Assembly (NCBI GenBank): GCA_965223725.1
Contig: CBDCXE010000005.1
Location: forward strand, 39,268-103,267
Direction of reading: 5' to 3'
DNA from: Nitrospinota bacterium
GTDB lineage: Bacteria; Nitrospinota_A; UBA7883
DNA: 64,000 nt
Under the pieces are notes generated by a model, which made no database searches, was not told the DNA's origin, and saw only the letters and a list, made by a program, of their open reading frames with translations. The translations under genes and the position numbers were made by a program. Positions 54,291 through 64,000 of the stretch are shown here, piece after piece (positions within the stretch are counted from its first letter, which is position 1; each line of letters opens with the position of its first letter).

Positions 54291-57174
54291 AGCTGTTATC
54301 ATCCACAACCAGTGTACGCATACCACGGATATCGACGGCGGGCGCTGTTTCGTCAACTTGCTGGGTGGCTTTGTCGAACCTGGCGGTGAATGTGAACTCG
54401 CTGCCCTGGCCCGGCTCGCTGACCACCTGGATATCGCCATGCATCAGTTTCACAAGATTTTTGCAGATGGCAAGGCCCAGTCCTGTGCCGCCATATTTTC
54501 TTGTTGTCGAAGTGTCACCCTGGGAGAACGATTCAAATAATTTTTCTTTTTCCTGGCTGCTTAGGCCAATGCCAGTATCCCGGACAGCAAATTTGATCAT
54601 AACCTGTTTGTCGAGTTCTTCCACCAGTCCTGCCTTTAATACAACCTCACCTTTGTCGGTAAACTTTATCGCGTTGCTTGCAAGGTTGAGCAGAACCTGC
54701 TGGAGCCTGTCTGGGTCGCCCATCATCATTGCAGGGATGTTTTGTTTTATATCAAATATTATCTCCAGACCTTTCTCGTTGGCCAATGTCGTGATGACAT
54801 TTGAGACATTGCTGATAACCTTATCCAGGCTGAAATCAATATTCTCCATCTCCAGCTTGCCAGATTCGATTTTCGAGAAATCGAGTATATCGTTAATAAT
54901 GCGCAACAATGATTTGGCAGAGAATTCAATTTTTTCCAGATGGGACCGTTGCTTATTGTTAAGTTCTGTTTTTAGCGCCAGATAGCACATGCCAATTATG
55001 GCGTTCATGGGTGTTCTTATTTCGTGGCTCATATTAGCCAGGAACTCACTTTTCGCTTTGGTAACTTCCTCCGCTTTTTCTTTGGCGACTTTCAGTTTTT
55101 CCTCGTTGTCCTTAAGCAGTTTTGCCTGGCTTCTGATTTCATCCAGGTCCAGGACGGTTCTGACTGTGGACGAAATTGATCGGGCCGCCTGTTCGAGCCA
55201 TGTTTCTTCATTGGCATTGATTGCCTTGAAACTGCCCAGCTCCAGGGCCCCCAACAGCTCGTTATTGAACACCAGTGGAAAGACATACTCCACCTGGGGC
55301 GCCACATCACCAAACCCGAAAACAACCCTGGCATAGTCCGGGATTTCATCAATCATTGCCGGCGCCATATTCTTAGCAGCCTGACCGACAAACCCGGACC
55401 CCAACTCAAAATATTCTGGCAGTTCCTTTCCAACAGGGTAGCCATGGTTTGCTGTTCGCCACAATTTGCCATCATCCTTTTTGATATACAGAGCCACCAG
55501 CGGAATGCTGAGGAACTCCGAAATAAAGTTGGCGATATCTTCCGTCAACGCCGGAACATCATGGTTGTTTTCCATCAACGCGTTCAACGCATTCAGCTTT
55601 CTGCTCATCATGGAGGCCTCTATCGCCTTTTCTTTCGCTATCAGAATCTCTTTTTCAGATATTATCCGGTCGGTTATATCTGTGACCATGGCGAATGTGC
55701 CGTTGTTGCTTTTATCCTTGTCATTTTTAAGCGGAGTCACATTAACCAGGCAATGCACTTCTGTTCCGTCCGGGCGCAACAGGGCGATCTCGTAGGCGCC
55801 CTTTTCCCCCTGGGCTGGCAGTTTGCCCTCCTCTCTGGCAGTTTCCAGATAATTACGATCAGAAAAATCGTAAAAATCGTTTCCGATTATTTCATCAAAA
55901 CCACGCCCCAGGATGTTAGACATCGCCTGATTGACATTTCGGATTATTCCTTTATTGTCAGAAAACCAGAACCCTTCGTTGGCCGTTTCGATTATTTTCC
56001 TTAAACGGGTTTCACTTTTATGCAGTTCCATCTTTGCCATCTCCCGCTCCGCAGCTTCTTTACTAAGCAACTTTTGGTTGTAAAATAACTTGGCGGAAAA
56101 ACCGACGAACAGCAGGACCGTGACTATGAAAACGATGATTATGGTATTACGAATAATATAGTATGTTGCATACGCCTCTTTAGCGTCGACTTCGCTGGCT
56201 AGCCCAATATTCAGCTTATCGTTCCAACGCCACACGCCTATTACCTGCACACCGCGATAGTCCCGGTAACCATCTAGATTGACGCCTGAAGAGGCTTTGA
56301 CCAATTCATTGGCCATATAGGTCAGGCCCCATTTATTTCGCTTTTCCTGTGGTTTAAAATTTTCCAGCAGGTTACCGCCAGGGTCGGTTATTTTTTGGGA
56401 CAGGATGCCTACCCCACTATTATCTATCATTCCCAACCGTCTTAATTGGTCGGTAAAACGTGTTTCTGACAGTAAATATCCATCTTTATTAACTGCATAA
56501 ATATCACTGCTGTCGCTCATGCGCGTGCTTTGTATAATAGTAGAAAACTGTTTGGAAGGATCCAGACGCAGGGTCATAACAGCGATGACCTCCCCCTTCT
56601 CATCATGGATAGGGGCGCCTGCAAACATAGTGGGTACATTTTTGCTCATCTTTCCGGCGGCATTTCTTAGCGCCACTTTCGATTTAAGTGGCAAGGTCAG
56701 AAACGGTTTACCCTTGAAAGCCTCTTCCAGATAGTTTCCTTCATCCGCCAAAAGACTCCTGGCGCCAATATTGGAATCACGCATGGAAGCAAGGTTTGTA
56801 TAATCGGGGGCTATCAAAAAGAAACCTTTCATACCGAACTCCTGGACGAGCGGATTGATTGTTTCTTCCAATTCCTTCAACTCCTGGGAGGCCAGCAGCG
56901 CCTCTCTATCCCTCGGCAGTTTTAGGATACGTTTGAGCGCTTGTATTGCATCTGGAAATAAAAATTGCATTTTTATATGATCTTTTATTTCATCTGTCCA
57001 GCGCTCCAGCGAGTTTTCTGTGATATCAAGGACGGTGTTCATGTTGTTATGCAGGTCTTGCTCGACAAGCTTTTCTATTCTATTGATTTCGACGAACAGA
57101 AGCATGCCAGCGAACAAAATAAAGACTACAGTCAACGCTGCTGCGCTTTTAATAGAGTACTTTTGATCACCCAT
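54238..57174 (-). CDS. hybrid sensor histidine kinase, sensor and transmitter part (TM-periplasmic Cache-like-TM, PAS, GAF, HisKA, HATPase_c)
   Basis: Two TM helices flank a ~270-aa periplasmic domain. It has a PAS region, a GAF-like region, an H-box ([16 protein letters not shown]), and N/G boxes ([27 protein letters not shown]). It ends just after [15 protein letters not shown], the first strand of a REC domain. The ATG at 57174 is preferred as start. Confidence 0.8.
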   Translation of the reverse strand: MGDQKYSIKSAAALTVVFILFAGMLLFVEINRIEKLVEQDLHNNMNTVLDITENSLERWTDEIKDHIKMQFLFPDAIQALKRILKLPRDREALLASQELKELEETINPLVQEFGMKGFFLIAPDYTNLASMRDSNIGARSLLADEGNYLEEAFKGKPFLTLPLKSKVALRNAAGKMSKNVPTMFAGAPIHDEKGEVIAVMTLRLDPSKQFSTIIQSTRMSDSSDIYAVNKDGYLLSETRFTDQLRRLGMIDNSGVGILSQKITDPGGNLLENFKPQEKRNKWGLTYMANELVKASSGVNLDGYRDYRGVQVIGVWRWNDKLNIGLASEVDAKEAYATYYIIRNTIIIVFIVTVLLFVGFSAKLFYNQKLLSKEAAEREMAKMELHKSETRLRKIIETANEGFWFSDNKGIIRNVNQAMSNILGRGFDEIIGNDFYDFSDRNYLETAREEGKLPAQGEKGAYEIALLRPDGTEVHCLVNVTPLKNDKDKSNNGTFAMVTDITDRIISEKEILIAKEKAIEASMMSRKLNALNALMENNHDVPALTEDIANFISEFLSIPLVALYIKKDDGKLWRTANHGYPVGKELPEYFELGSGFVGQAAKNMAPAMIDEIPDYARVVFGFGDVAPQVEYVFPLVFNNELLGALELGSFKAINANEETWLEQAARSISSTVRTVLDLDEIRSQAKLLKDNEEKLKVAKEKAEEVTKAKSEFLANMSHEIRTPMNAIIGMCYLALKTELNNKQRSHLEKIEFSAKSLLRIINDILDFSKIESGKLEMENIDFSLDKVISNVSNVITTLANEKGLEIIFDIKQNIPAMMMGDPDRLQQVLLNLASNAIKFTDKGEVVLKAGLVEELDKQVMIKFAVRDTGIGLSSQEKEKLFESFSQGDTSTTRKYGGTGLGLAICKNLVKLMHGDIQVVSEPGQGSEFTFTARFDKATQQVDETAPAVDIRGMRTLVVDDNSSAREVMHNDARGNGARG

Positions 57175-57497
57175 CACATGTGCTTCTTGTTTAATAACTG
57201 TGTCGTTGTTGTGGAAAGGATGATGCAGTTTAATGCTTTGCTCTTTCAAACATTGACATAGACCAACAATGCGCAAATCGTACGCGAGCTATTATATACG
57301 CACAGATCATACCAAACAAAGCCTGTGTAATATATTGAAATACTACCTGTTGCAATTTTTGCTCTGCTTTCTTGTTTGCTCGCAAGTTCATTTTGTACAA
57401 TTGCGTATAATATTGTATTTACTGAGCCTGTTCAATCTACCAAGGCGCTATAATTGATATCATCGATATCGTTAACATTCATAATAGGTGAAATTCA

Positions 57498-58571
57498 TTG
57501 GACAGATTTGAATCGATACTGGCATCCTTTACCGACGCGGTGATAATAGTTGATGAAAATATGATGATCGAATGGGTGAACCCTGCTGTGGAGCAACTGT
57601 TCGGCAAGTCCAGAAATATTACCGAAGGCAAACTGATTAGCGACTTGTTCCCGATTGATAGCGATATTTATAATGAAATAAATCATTCTATCTCATCCGG
57701 TGTATCGTTGACAGATCATGACCTGCTCCTAACGCTTGATCAGGGCCGAACCGCGTCGGTGGCGTTGACGGTTCAGCCCGCCGGCGAATCGGGCCGGGCG
57801 GAGACCATAATACTTTTGCGGGATATGACCGGATTTACAGCACTACAAAGGACCATCCGCCTGCAAGATCGCTTGAAAGAGCTGTCGCTGCTGGCTGCGG
57901 GTTTGGCCCATGAAATAAAGAACCCATTGACAGGGATAAAAGGCGCCGCGCAACTTCTCCATACCGATGCCGGGGATGACAAAATGAAAAGCTATACTTC
58001 ACTCATCGTCAAGGAATCGGACAGGATAGACCGCCTGGTCACCGGCTTTATTAAGCTCAATGACCCGATGGAAGAGTTTGCAAGAACCAGTGTGAATATC
58101 TATCCTATACTAGACAAAGTGATAACTCTGCTGGAGCCGTTGATATCAGAGAGATTAATAGCCATCGAAAAGGATTATGACCCAAGCCTTCCCCCAATAA
58201 TGGGGAACAGCGACCGATTGAGCCAGATATTTTTAAACCTTGTTAAAAACGGGATAGAAGCATGTGACAATCGTGGCGCCGTTACACTGCGGACCAGGTT
58301 CGCCTGGGGCGGCGCGCCTGTTTCCGCTGGTAAGCTCGGCCATGGTAAGTATGCGCTGGTAGAGATAATTGATGATGGTCATGGGTTGGACGATGACGCT
58401 AAGAGAGATCTTTTCACCCCATTCCATTCGAAAAAGAGCGGCGGTTCCGGGCTTGGGCTTGCCGTCACGTTGCATCTGGTGCAGAAGCATGAAGGTATGC
58501 TGGAGATTGAAAACAGAAATGACAGCCAAGGGGTCATAGCTTCGGTTTACCTGCCGTACCCCGGACCATAA
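57498..58571 (+). CDS. NtrB-like cytoplasmic sensor histidine kinase (PAS-HisKA-HATPase_c)
   Basis: PAS region, H-box LAAGLAHEIKNPLTGIKGAAQLL, N box IFLNLVKNGIEA, G boxes IIDDGHGL and GGSGLGLAV. TTG start. No cognate response regulator lies adjacent. Confidence 0.8.
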   Translation: MDRFESILASFTDAVIIVDENMMIEWVNPAVEQLFGKSRNITEGKLISDLFPIDSDIYNEINHSISSGVSLTDHDLLLTLDQGRTASVALTVQPAGESGRAETIILLRDMTGFTALQRTIRLQDRLKELSLLAAGLAHEIKNPLTGIKGAAQLLHTDAGDDKMKSYTSLIVKESDRIDRLVTGFIKLNDPMEEFARTSVNIYPILDKVITLLEPLISERLIAIEKDYDPSLPPIMGNSDRLSQIFLNLVKNGIEACDNRGAVTLRTRFAWGGAPVSAGKLGHGKYALVEIIDDGHGLDDDAKRDLFTPFHSKKSGGSGLGLAVTLHLVQKHEGMLEIENRNDSQGVIASVYLPYPGP

Positions 58572-59120
58572 TAACGGGTTGTCTGCAAATACTGGTCAGG
58601 CTGTTGCGCCAGAGTTGAGGTGTTGGCTGATGTCGTCGGTGACTTCGTTCCTTTCGCGCCGCACGTCCATTTGGCGACCCTTCTGAACCCTTCGCCAAAC
58701 ACGCAGGCAGTTGCATAGTAAATGCACCTAAGGGAAAAATCGTATTTGCCCATGATTTCCAGGAACAGATTATCAGCTTCCGACGAAGTTAACGGCGGGT
58801 CGTCATCCAAAAACTGGCAGAGCGCGTCTTGAACCAGCGAGGCGTAATAGGTTTTCGGTTTATTTGTATCTTTATGAATGGCGCCCTCTGGCACACCCAG
58901 GTATATCTCAAGCCAGCTAATTATCGGTGTGCAGCCGTCCCAGGTGTAATTTTATGTGATTATAATGTCGCCACTTTTCGGGGTTATTAACTTTGCTTTA
59001 CCGGTTTTATCTTTAAAGACAAGGTTATTTTCAAACTCCCGGTTTGACTCGTAAATGAAATCATCATCCAGCCGATAGATTCAGTCAACAGCAGCTTGCC
59101 CATTACGGCGCTCCTTGCCG

Positions 59121-61814
59121 CTAAAAATCTTTATTCATCACGCAGCGCATGCCAAAATTATAATTACGAAAATCAGGCAATATCTTCATACGCGCGGAAG
59201 TACGCAAAAAGTTATCTTCCGACCCGCCCCAGGAGCCGCCCCTGGAAACACGGTACACGCCATCAGCCGGACCGGTCGGGTTATCCACAGGGCTTTTACT
59301 GTAATAGGTTGTGTCGTAGAAATCGGACACCCATTCTCCCACATTCCCTGCCATGTCGTACAACCCCAGCGCATTAGGAGCAAACTTGCCCACCTGGTTG
59401 GGCCCTTCGGTCACTTTATACCTGGCGCTCGTTTCATCAAGTATGCTATTAGCAATTCCATACTTTTTCTTTTTGCCGCCAGCCTTCGCTGCATATTCCC
59501 ACTCTGCCTCTGTGGGCAACCTTTTACCTATATTTTTGCAATAGCTGTTGGCTTCCACCCAGGTGACCCTTTCTACAGGGCAGTTTCCGCCGCAGTCGAC
59601 CCAATGGGAGGGATTGGAGCCGATAACATTTTCATACTGCGATTGTGTAACCTCGTAAGCGTCCATAAAAAAACTATCCAGGCATATCTTGTGCGCCGGT
59701 TTTTCATCTGCCTCGCCATCACCAAATATATCGCCCATTTGATAGCACCCGCCTTTGACGAATACCATGCCGGCATATCTCTCGTTTAAAAGGGTGTAAC
59801 GTTTTTGCGCGTCCTGGATCTCCGGTTTGCCGGGTAGTAACGAATCAGCTTTGTTAATCAGCCGGACCGCCTCACCCATGGCGCCATTGTCCAACGCGGC
59901 GCTGGCTTTTTTTGCCAGATTGTTTGCGTCCACATGTTTTGCAAGCCGACCTTGCGCTTCTACCAGGCTCTCATTTTCAGAGTCGATCTTTTTAGCCTGG
60001 GCCAGCAGTTTCTCCGCTTCTGCAAACTTTTCTGACAATATATTTTCATCTGCTTCTGCGACAAGCCTGTTGATCTCAGTTCTTTTTATAGCTTCCTCAT
60101 CTGGTTCCGCCACTTCCTTCCCAATGCCGGCGATTGCGTCGACCACGGTGTTGTTGTCCGCGTCAGTTTCTGTTTTATTACCAGTTTCATTTTTTAGTTG
60201 CTCCAGGCTTTTCCTTGGGTCAGAGATAGTGTCCAAGCCTGGGAACAACGATTCCGCTTTGTTCAGATAGCGCTCCGCCCTCGCAGGATTATTTTTGGTC
60301 ATCGCTTCTGTCGCCAGCGCCACGTAACTGTTCGCTATCTTTCTCCGGCCCTCAGTCACCGCTTCTATGGCGGCGGGATCGATGGAGAGAACAGCGTCGT
60401 ATCTCCAGATTGCGTTATCCTCCTTTGGGATGCTCAGCCGGTTGTTTTCTATATCTATAGCAGCCAGTTCCAGCAATGCGGCAACCTGAATTTCTTTGTC
60501 GATTAACTCTTGTTCCGCTTCTTTACTCGGCGCGCTTGTTTCGGTAAGGTTTCCGGCTTTTCCATTCTCCTTGTTCTGCGCGACGCTATTGTCATCAGAA
60601 AAATTGCCGCGGATAGCTGTGACAACATTATTAATATTTGTGGAGCTAGTGCTGGACACATGGGACGCTGGTTTTTCCTGATGTTGATAAAGAAACAGGG
60701 CAAGCGCTGAAAGGAGTAACAGGAACATGGGTACTATGGCCATCTTCAGCTGTTTTTTCCATGAAGGCTGGATCCTGGCAAGCATCTCTAAAACGGTTTC
60801 GGTGATATCTTCTGTGATATCACCCCGGATCAGCTCGTCATTTCTGAGAATATCCTCTTTTAAATCAAGGACTGTCGCATATCTATCCTCCGGTTTTTTC
60901 TCGAGACAGCGGAATATTATCTGCTCCAGCCCGGCTGGGACATCGGAGTTATACTTACGTATAGAAGGGGGTGTTTCTGTCATATGTCTGTGTAGAATTC
61001 CCCAAGGCGAATCGCTGTCAAACGGAGTTTTACCCGATAGCAATTTGAACATCAAAATGCCCAGTGAATAGATATCGCTTCTACGGCTTATTTTATCGGT
61101 CTGGCCCCTTGCCTGCTCCGGTGACATATACGCCGGCGTGCCCAGAAGCAATCCATGGACAGTCAGCTCACTTCCGGTTTTCGATTTTTCCCACTGGCCC
61201 ACTTCCTTGGCAAGCCCGAAATCAAGTATTTTGACTATTTTCTGGTGTCCGGCGCATGAAATTATCACATTCTCGGCTTTCAGGTCTCTATGAATGATTC
61301 CCTTGCTATGGGCATATTCCAGGCCGTCGCAGACCTGCACCATATATTCAAAAAAATCTTCAAACGAAAGTTTCTGCTCGTTCTGTAACAGTCCTCGCAG
61401 GTTTGCCCCCTCAACATATTCCATCACGAAATAGTATTGCCCGCTGGCGGTTTTGGAAAAATCGAGGGCAGTGACAAGGTTTGGATGGGATAGCTTGGAC
61501 TGGAGATCGACTTCACGGCGGAACCTTTTGATGATGTCGGAATTTTCTGTCATCTGGCTCATCACCATTTTGATGGCGACCGCCTTGCCAGTGCTTACCT
61601 GTTTGGCTTTATAGACAGAGCCCATGCCACCTTCACCGATCTTGAGAATTATTTCATATCGTTCATCAAAGATTTTCCCCGTCATATGGTCGTGAATATC
61701 TTTTATTAATTCCGAACCATCAAACGGACAAAACTTTAACCTGTCGTCAAATTCTCTCTGACACAGATGACAAGATAACACTTCTTCTGACTGAACCAAG
61801 ATGCTTCCTAACAA
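59121..61814 (-). CDS. Ser/Thr protein kinase with N-terminal zinc-ribbon, TM helix, helical repeat region and C-terminal FGE-sulfatase domain
   Basis: CHLCQ...CPFDG. Hanks kinase motifs: GEGGMGSVYKA, AIK, HRDLKAENV, DFGLA, and SPEQ in TPAYMSPEQ at the APE-motif position. A TM segment (MAIVPMFLLLLSALALFLY) follows. The C-terminus has HKICLDSFFMDAYEVTQSQYE, RLPTEAEWEYAAK, GLYDMAGNVGEW and RVSRGGSW. Confidence 0.85.
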   Translation of the reverse strand: MLGSILVQSEEVLSCHLCQREFDDRLKFCPFDGSELIKDIHDHMTGKIFDERYEIILKIGEGGMGSVYKAKQVSTGKAVAIKMVMSQMTENSDIIKRFRREVDLQSKLSHPNLVTALDFSKTASGQYYFVMEYVEGANLRGLLQNEQKLSFEDFFEYMVQVCDGLEYAHSKGIIHRDLKAENVIISCAGHQKIVKILDFGLAKEVGQWEKSKTGSELTVHGLLLGTPAYMSPEQARGQTDKISRRSDIYSLGILMFKLLSGKTPFDSDSPWGILHRHMTETPPSIRKYNSDVPAGLEQIIFRCLEKKPEDRYATVLDLKEDILRNDELIRGDITEDITETVLEMLARIQPSWKKQLKMAIVPMFLLLLSALALFLYQHQEKPASHVSSTSSTNINNVVTAIRGNFSDDNSVAQNKENGKAGNLTETSAPSKEAEQELIDKEIQVAALLELAAIDIENNRLSIPKEDNAIWRYDAVLSIDPAAIEAVTEGRRKIANSYVALATEAMTKNNPARAERYLNKAESLFPGLDTISDPRKSLEQLKNETGNKTETDADNNTVVDAIAGIGKEVAEPDEEAIKRTEINRLVAEADENILSEKFAEAEKLLAQAKKIDSENESLVEAQGRLAKHVDANNLAKKASAALDNGAMGEAVRLINKADSLLPGKPEIQDAQKRYTLLNERYAGMVFVKGGCYQMGDIFGDGEADEKPAHKICLDSFFMDAYEVTQSQYENVIGSNPSHWVDCGGNCPVERVTWVEANSYCKNIGKRLPTEAEWEYAAKAGGKKKKYGIANSILDETSARYKVTEGPNQVGKFAPNALGLYDMAGNVGEWVSDFYDTTYYSKSPVDNPTGPADGVYRVSRGGSWGGSEDNFLRTSARMKILPDFRNYNFGMRCVMNKDF

Positions 61815-62153
61815 AAATTCATCTTTGCAGAACCCACTATAACCGGTAATTTTATCACAATGTGAACGATTCGAATCTGGAATCTGTCATTTCCGGCGAT
61901 TTTCACACAGCAATATGTTCGGAAATGATTTGACATATACAAGATCGTCTCATAAGCTAGTTGCGTACATAAAATAATGTGTGCAAAGCTTTGTTTTTTA
62001 AAGCAAAATAGGAGGTTTTATATTTGGAAACCAAAAAATATCGACTAATAAAATTCAAATATATCACCCAAGTTGTCAGCATACTACAATGAGACTTTAT
62101 TGATTAGCTTTACCCGTTCCGCTTAATATATATTTACAGAAAGTGATGATTTT

Positions 62154-63971
62154 GTGAAAGCGCCAAGCAGCCTGACCAACTTACAAAAAGCCATTTTGAC
62201 CCTTAAATTTAGCGCTTTGGCGATTTTGTTTTGGCTCGACACCTCCGGTTTTATAATCGAAAACGCCATGCGTCGATCCCATGACCATCTCTACTGGAAA
62301 CTTGCTGGGGTTGTTGGTTTTACTGTCACATGTTTCATCCTCATTCTGCTCGCTTCGTTCGCCAGGAACAGATTATTGCGGATAATCATGATGTTTTTCG
62401 TCGTAGTTACGATCTTCACAAACATTGTCGCTGATCGCTTGACTGGCTCATTTCTTGATGACGATTTTCTCGCTGAGATGATCGAGGTTTTTGATGATGT
62501 GGCCATGGCGTTTATATCAGAGCAATTATTTGGCTTGAGCACAATTTTGCTGGTGGTTGTCGGGCTCACGCTATTACTTTCCTATGCGCCTGTAAAAACA
62601 CGGATATCATCTTATTTTGCTTTTTCTATACCTGTGCTTCTGGCTCTATTATTTGCTCTTGTATCTGTGATACCAAAGGCTGATGTCGCCAAGTTCAGCC
62701 CCAGCCCTTTTAGTCTTATAGTCCACCTGTCCAAAGGTGTGGAAAAGCTAAACTATATGCATTCACTAAAACGCTCACCTGTGGCATACGATGGTGATAT
62801 AGGAACTGGAATAGAAAAGATTGTTCTTATAATTGATGAAAGCTTGTATGGCGGCGCACTGGAAATCAATGGCGGCCCGGCTGGAGCCATACCATACCTG
62901 AAACAGCAAAGCGATATTCTGATAAACTTTGGGATCATTGGGAGTGGATCCAACAGAAGCGCTCCCAGCAACCTGATTCTTCGATCCGGTTTGCCCCATT
63001 TTATGATTCCAGACACCAAATATAACGGCTTTACAAGACCAACCATCTGGCAATACGCTAATAAAGCTGGGTATAGGTCGGTCTATATTAATGCATGGCC
63101 ATCTTTGCATCATAACTATTTTACAAAAGAGGAGTTGCGGTTCATTGACGAAGTTTATGGCGGCTTTACCGGGGACAGGAGCTATTCCGACTTTCTGGCG
63201 GCTGTAAAGCTTGTGGAAATTTTGAACAGTGACGGCAAGGCATTCATAATTGTTCAAAAGGAAGGGGCCCATTGGCCTTATGCCAGGGCCTACCCCAGGG
63301 GCAGCGGCCCTTATTATCCGGTGGTTAAAAGCGTCGATTTTACACGTATGCCAGGGAGAAGCGCAAAGATCGATAAGGTGGTTTCAGAAAAGCTTGGAGT
63401 TATGCCATTGATGGAAAACAAACCGGCGAATGAACTGGTAAACAGATTGCGAAAAATGGCTATGAACAACCCGGGCGCCAAGGCATATGATTCTGGTTCA
63501 TTGCGAATGAATTTATATCTTAATGCCGTAAACTGGACAGTGGATGAGTTTTTCCGGTTCACCCTGCAAGATATTGATCTGAACAAAACTTTAATACTGT
63601 TTACCTCGGACCATGGCCAATATGTTAGTACGGATAATGAGTTTAGTGTCCATTTCACCGGCCACGGATCTTTAAAAGACCCTCACCCCGAAGAAGGTAT
63701 GGCCCCGTTAATCGCATTCACTACCCATGAATCGGTTGCGCGGCGTCTACGTGCGTCAGCAGTTAAATCATTTAATAAAATGACCCATTTTGCGCTGTTC
63801 CCTACTTTGGTGAATATGATGGGTTATAACGAAGATTGGGTGCGGGGGAACCTGGGGCCATCGATATTCGATCCTGCCGGGCCGGAGCGGTTCTTTTTCT
63901 ACGGCACCTCTATTTTTTCTGAAGGAGAATCAAGCAAGTATTACCTGGATAGGGATAAGCAAAACCAGTAA
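62154..63971 (+). CDS. membrane-anchored sulfatase-family (alkaline phosphatase superfamily) protein, phosphoethanolamine-transferase/LTA-synthase-like
   Basis: Five N-terminal TM helices. The extracytoplasmic domain has IVLIIDES..., a GSGSNRSAPS loop and LFTSDHGQ motif. GTG start. Confidence 0.7.
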   Translation: MKAPSSLTNLQKAILTLKFSALAILFWLDTSGFIIENAMRRSHDHLYWKLAGVVGFTVTCFILILLASFARNRLLRIIMMFFVVVTIFTNIVADRLTGSFLDDDFLAEMIEVFDDVAMAFISEQLFGLSTILLVVVGLTLLLSYAPVKTRISSYFAFSIPVLLALLFALVSVIPKADVAKFSPSPFSLIVHLSKGVEKLNYMHSLKRSPVAYDGDIGTGIEKIVLIIDESLYGGALEINGGPAGAIPYLKQQSDILINFGIIGSGSNRSAPSNLILRSGLPHFMIPDTKYNGFTRPTIWQYANKAGYRSVYINAWPSLHHNYFTKEELRFIDEVYGGFTGDRSYSDFLAAVKLVEILNSDGKAFIIVQKEGAHWPYARAYPRGSGPYYPVVKSVDFTRMPGRSAKIDKVVSEKLGVMPLMENKPANELVNRLRKMAMNNPGAKAYDSGSLRMNLYLNAVNWTVDEFFRFTLQDIDLNKTLILFTSDHGQYVSTDNEFSVHFTGHGSLKDPHPEEGMAPLIAFTTHESVARRLRASAVKSFNKMTHFALFPTLVNMMGYNEDWVRGNLGPSIFDPAGPERFFFYGTSIFSEGESSKYYLDRDKQNQ

Positions 63972-64000
63972 ATTAAATGTTAAACACTCCCACGCCAGGC

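Noticed and set aside
58547-59090. 115-aa minus-strand ORF overlapping the end of the NtrB-like kinase gene. Its frame continues upstream across an in-frame TAA (about 58953-58955) into ...LDDDFIYESNREFENNLVFKDKTGKAKLITPKSGDIIIT*NYTWDGCTPIISW...
   Set aside because: It may be the remnant of a decayed gene. There is no usable start codon (the frame opens just after a TGA), it has an internal stop and overlaps a solid gene, and I cannot recognise a family. This is too weak to annotate.

Overview
The window looks like chromosomal DNA from a diderm (Gram-negative type) bacterium: it has SurA-like chaperones and beta-barrel proteins ending in Phe/Trp. I cannot assign a taxon from the sequence alone. 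Housekeeping genes frame it: nuoN 3' end, M16 peptidase, pnp, rpsO, pncA/pncB, nifS plus a PP-loop ATPase, two parvulin PPIases, tRNA-His and leuS. The main block (25.6-36.7 kb, minus strand) is an anaerobic-type cobalamin operon, cbiA-C-X-M-N-Q-O-D-E-L-F-G-H-J, preceded by a cobalamin riboswitch. Three tightly coupled genes follow it: an MtaA-like URO-D family methyltransferase, a 590-aa protein I cannot place in any family, and a stand-alone LarC C-terminal-like domain. I rank this trio as the best candidate for an undescribed system. A second, very similar cobalamin riboswitch (21.3-21.4 kb) precedes only a weak 121-aa ORF that ends at a strong hairpin. Other accessory content: (1) an IS3-family element in an odd array (two solo 49-bp ends, a 612-bp partial copy, a full 1230-bp copy); (2) next to it, a putative periplasmic metal-handling operon (His/Cys-rich protein, Met-rich outer-membrane barrel, CxxCH lipoprotein, TlpA-like thioredoxin); (3) a Cys-rich 62-aa peptide plus an ECF sigma factor; (4) a Fur-box-preceded FTR1 iron permease operon; (5) a secreted BtuF-CbiZ fusion; (6) a large SBBP/FG-GAP repeat protein split by one in-frame TAG; (7) a hybrid histidine kinase split by a frameshift; (8) a Ser/Thr kinase-FGE fusion; (9) a sulfatase-family membrane protein. 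Several reading-frame problems sit at short A runs, so homopolymer assembly errors must be excluded before reading them as biology. All family calls come from reading motifs in the supplied translations; no database search was run.
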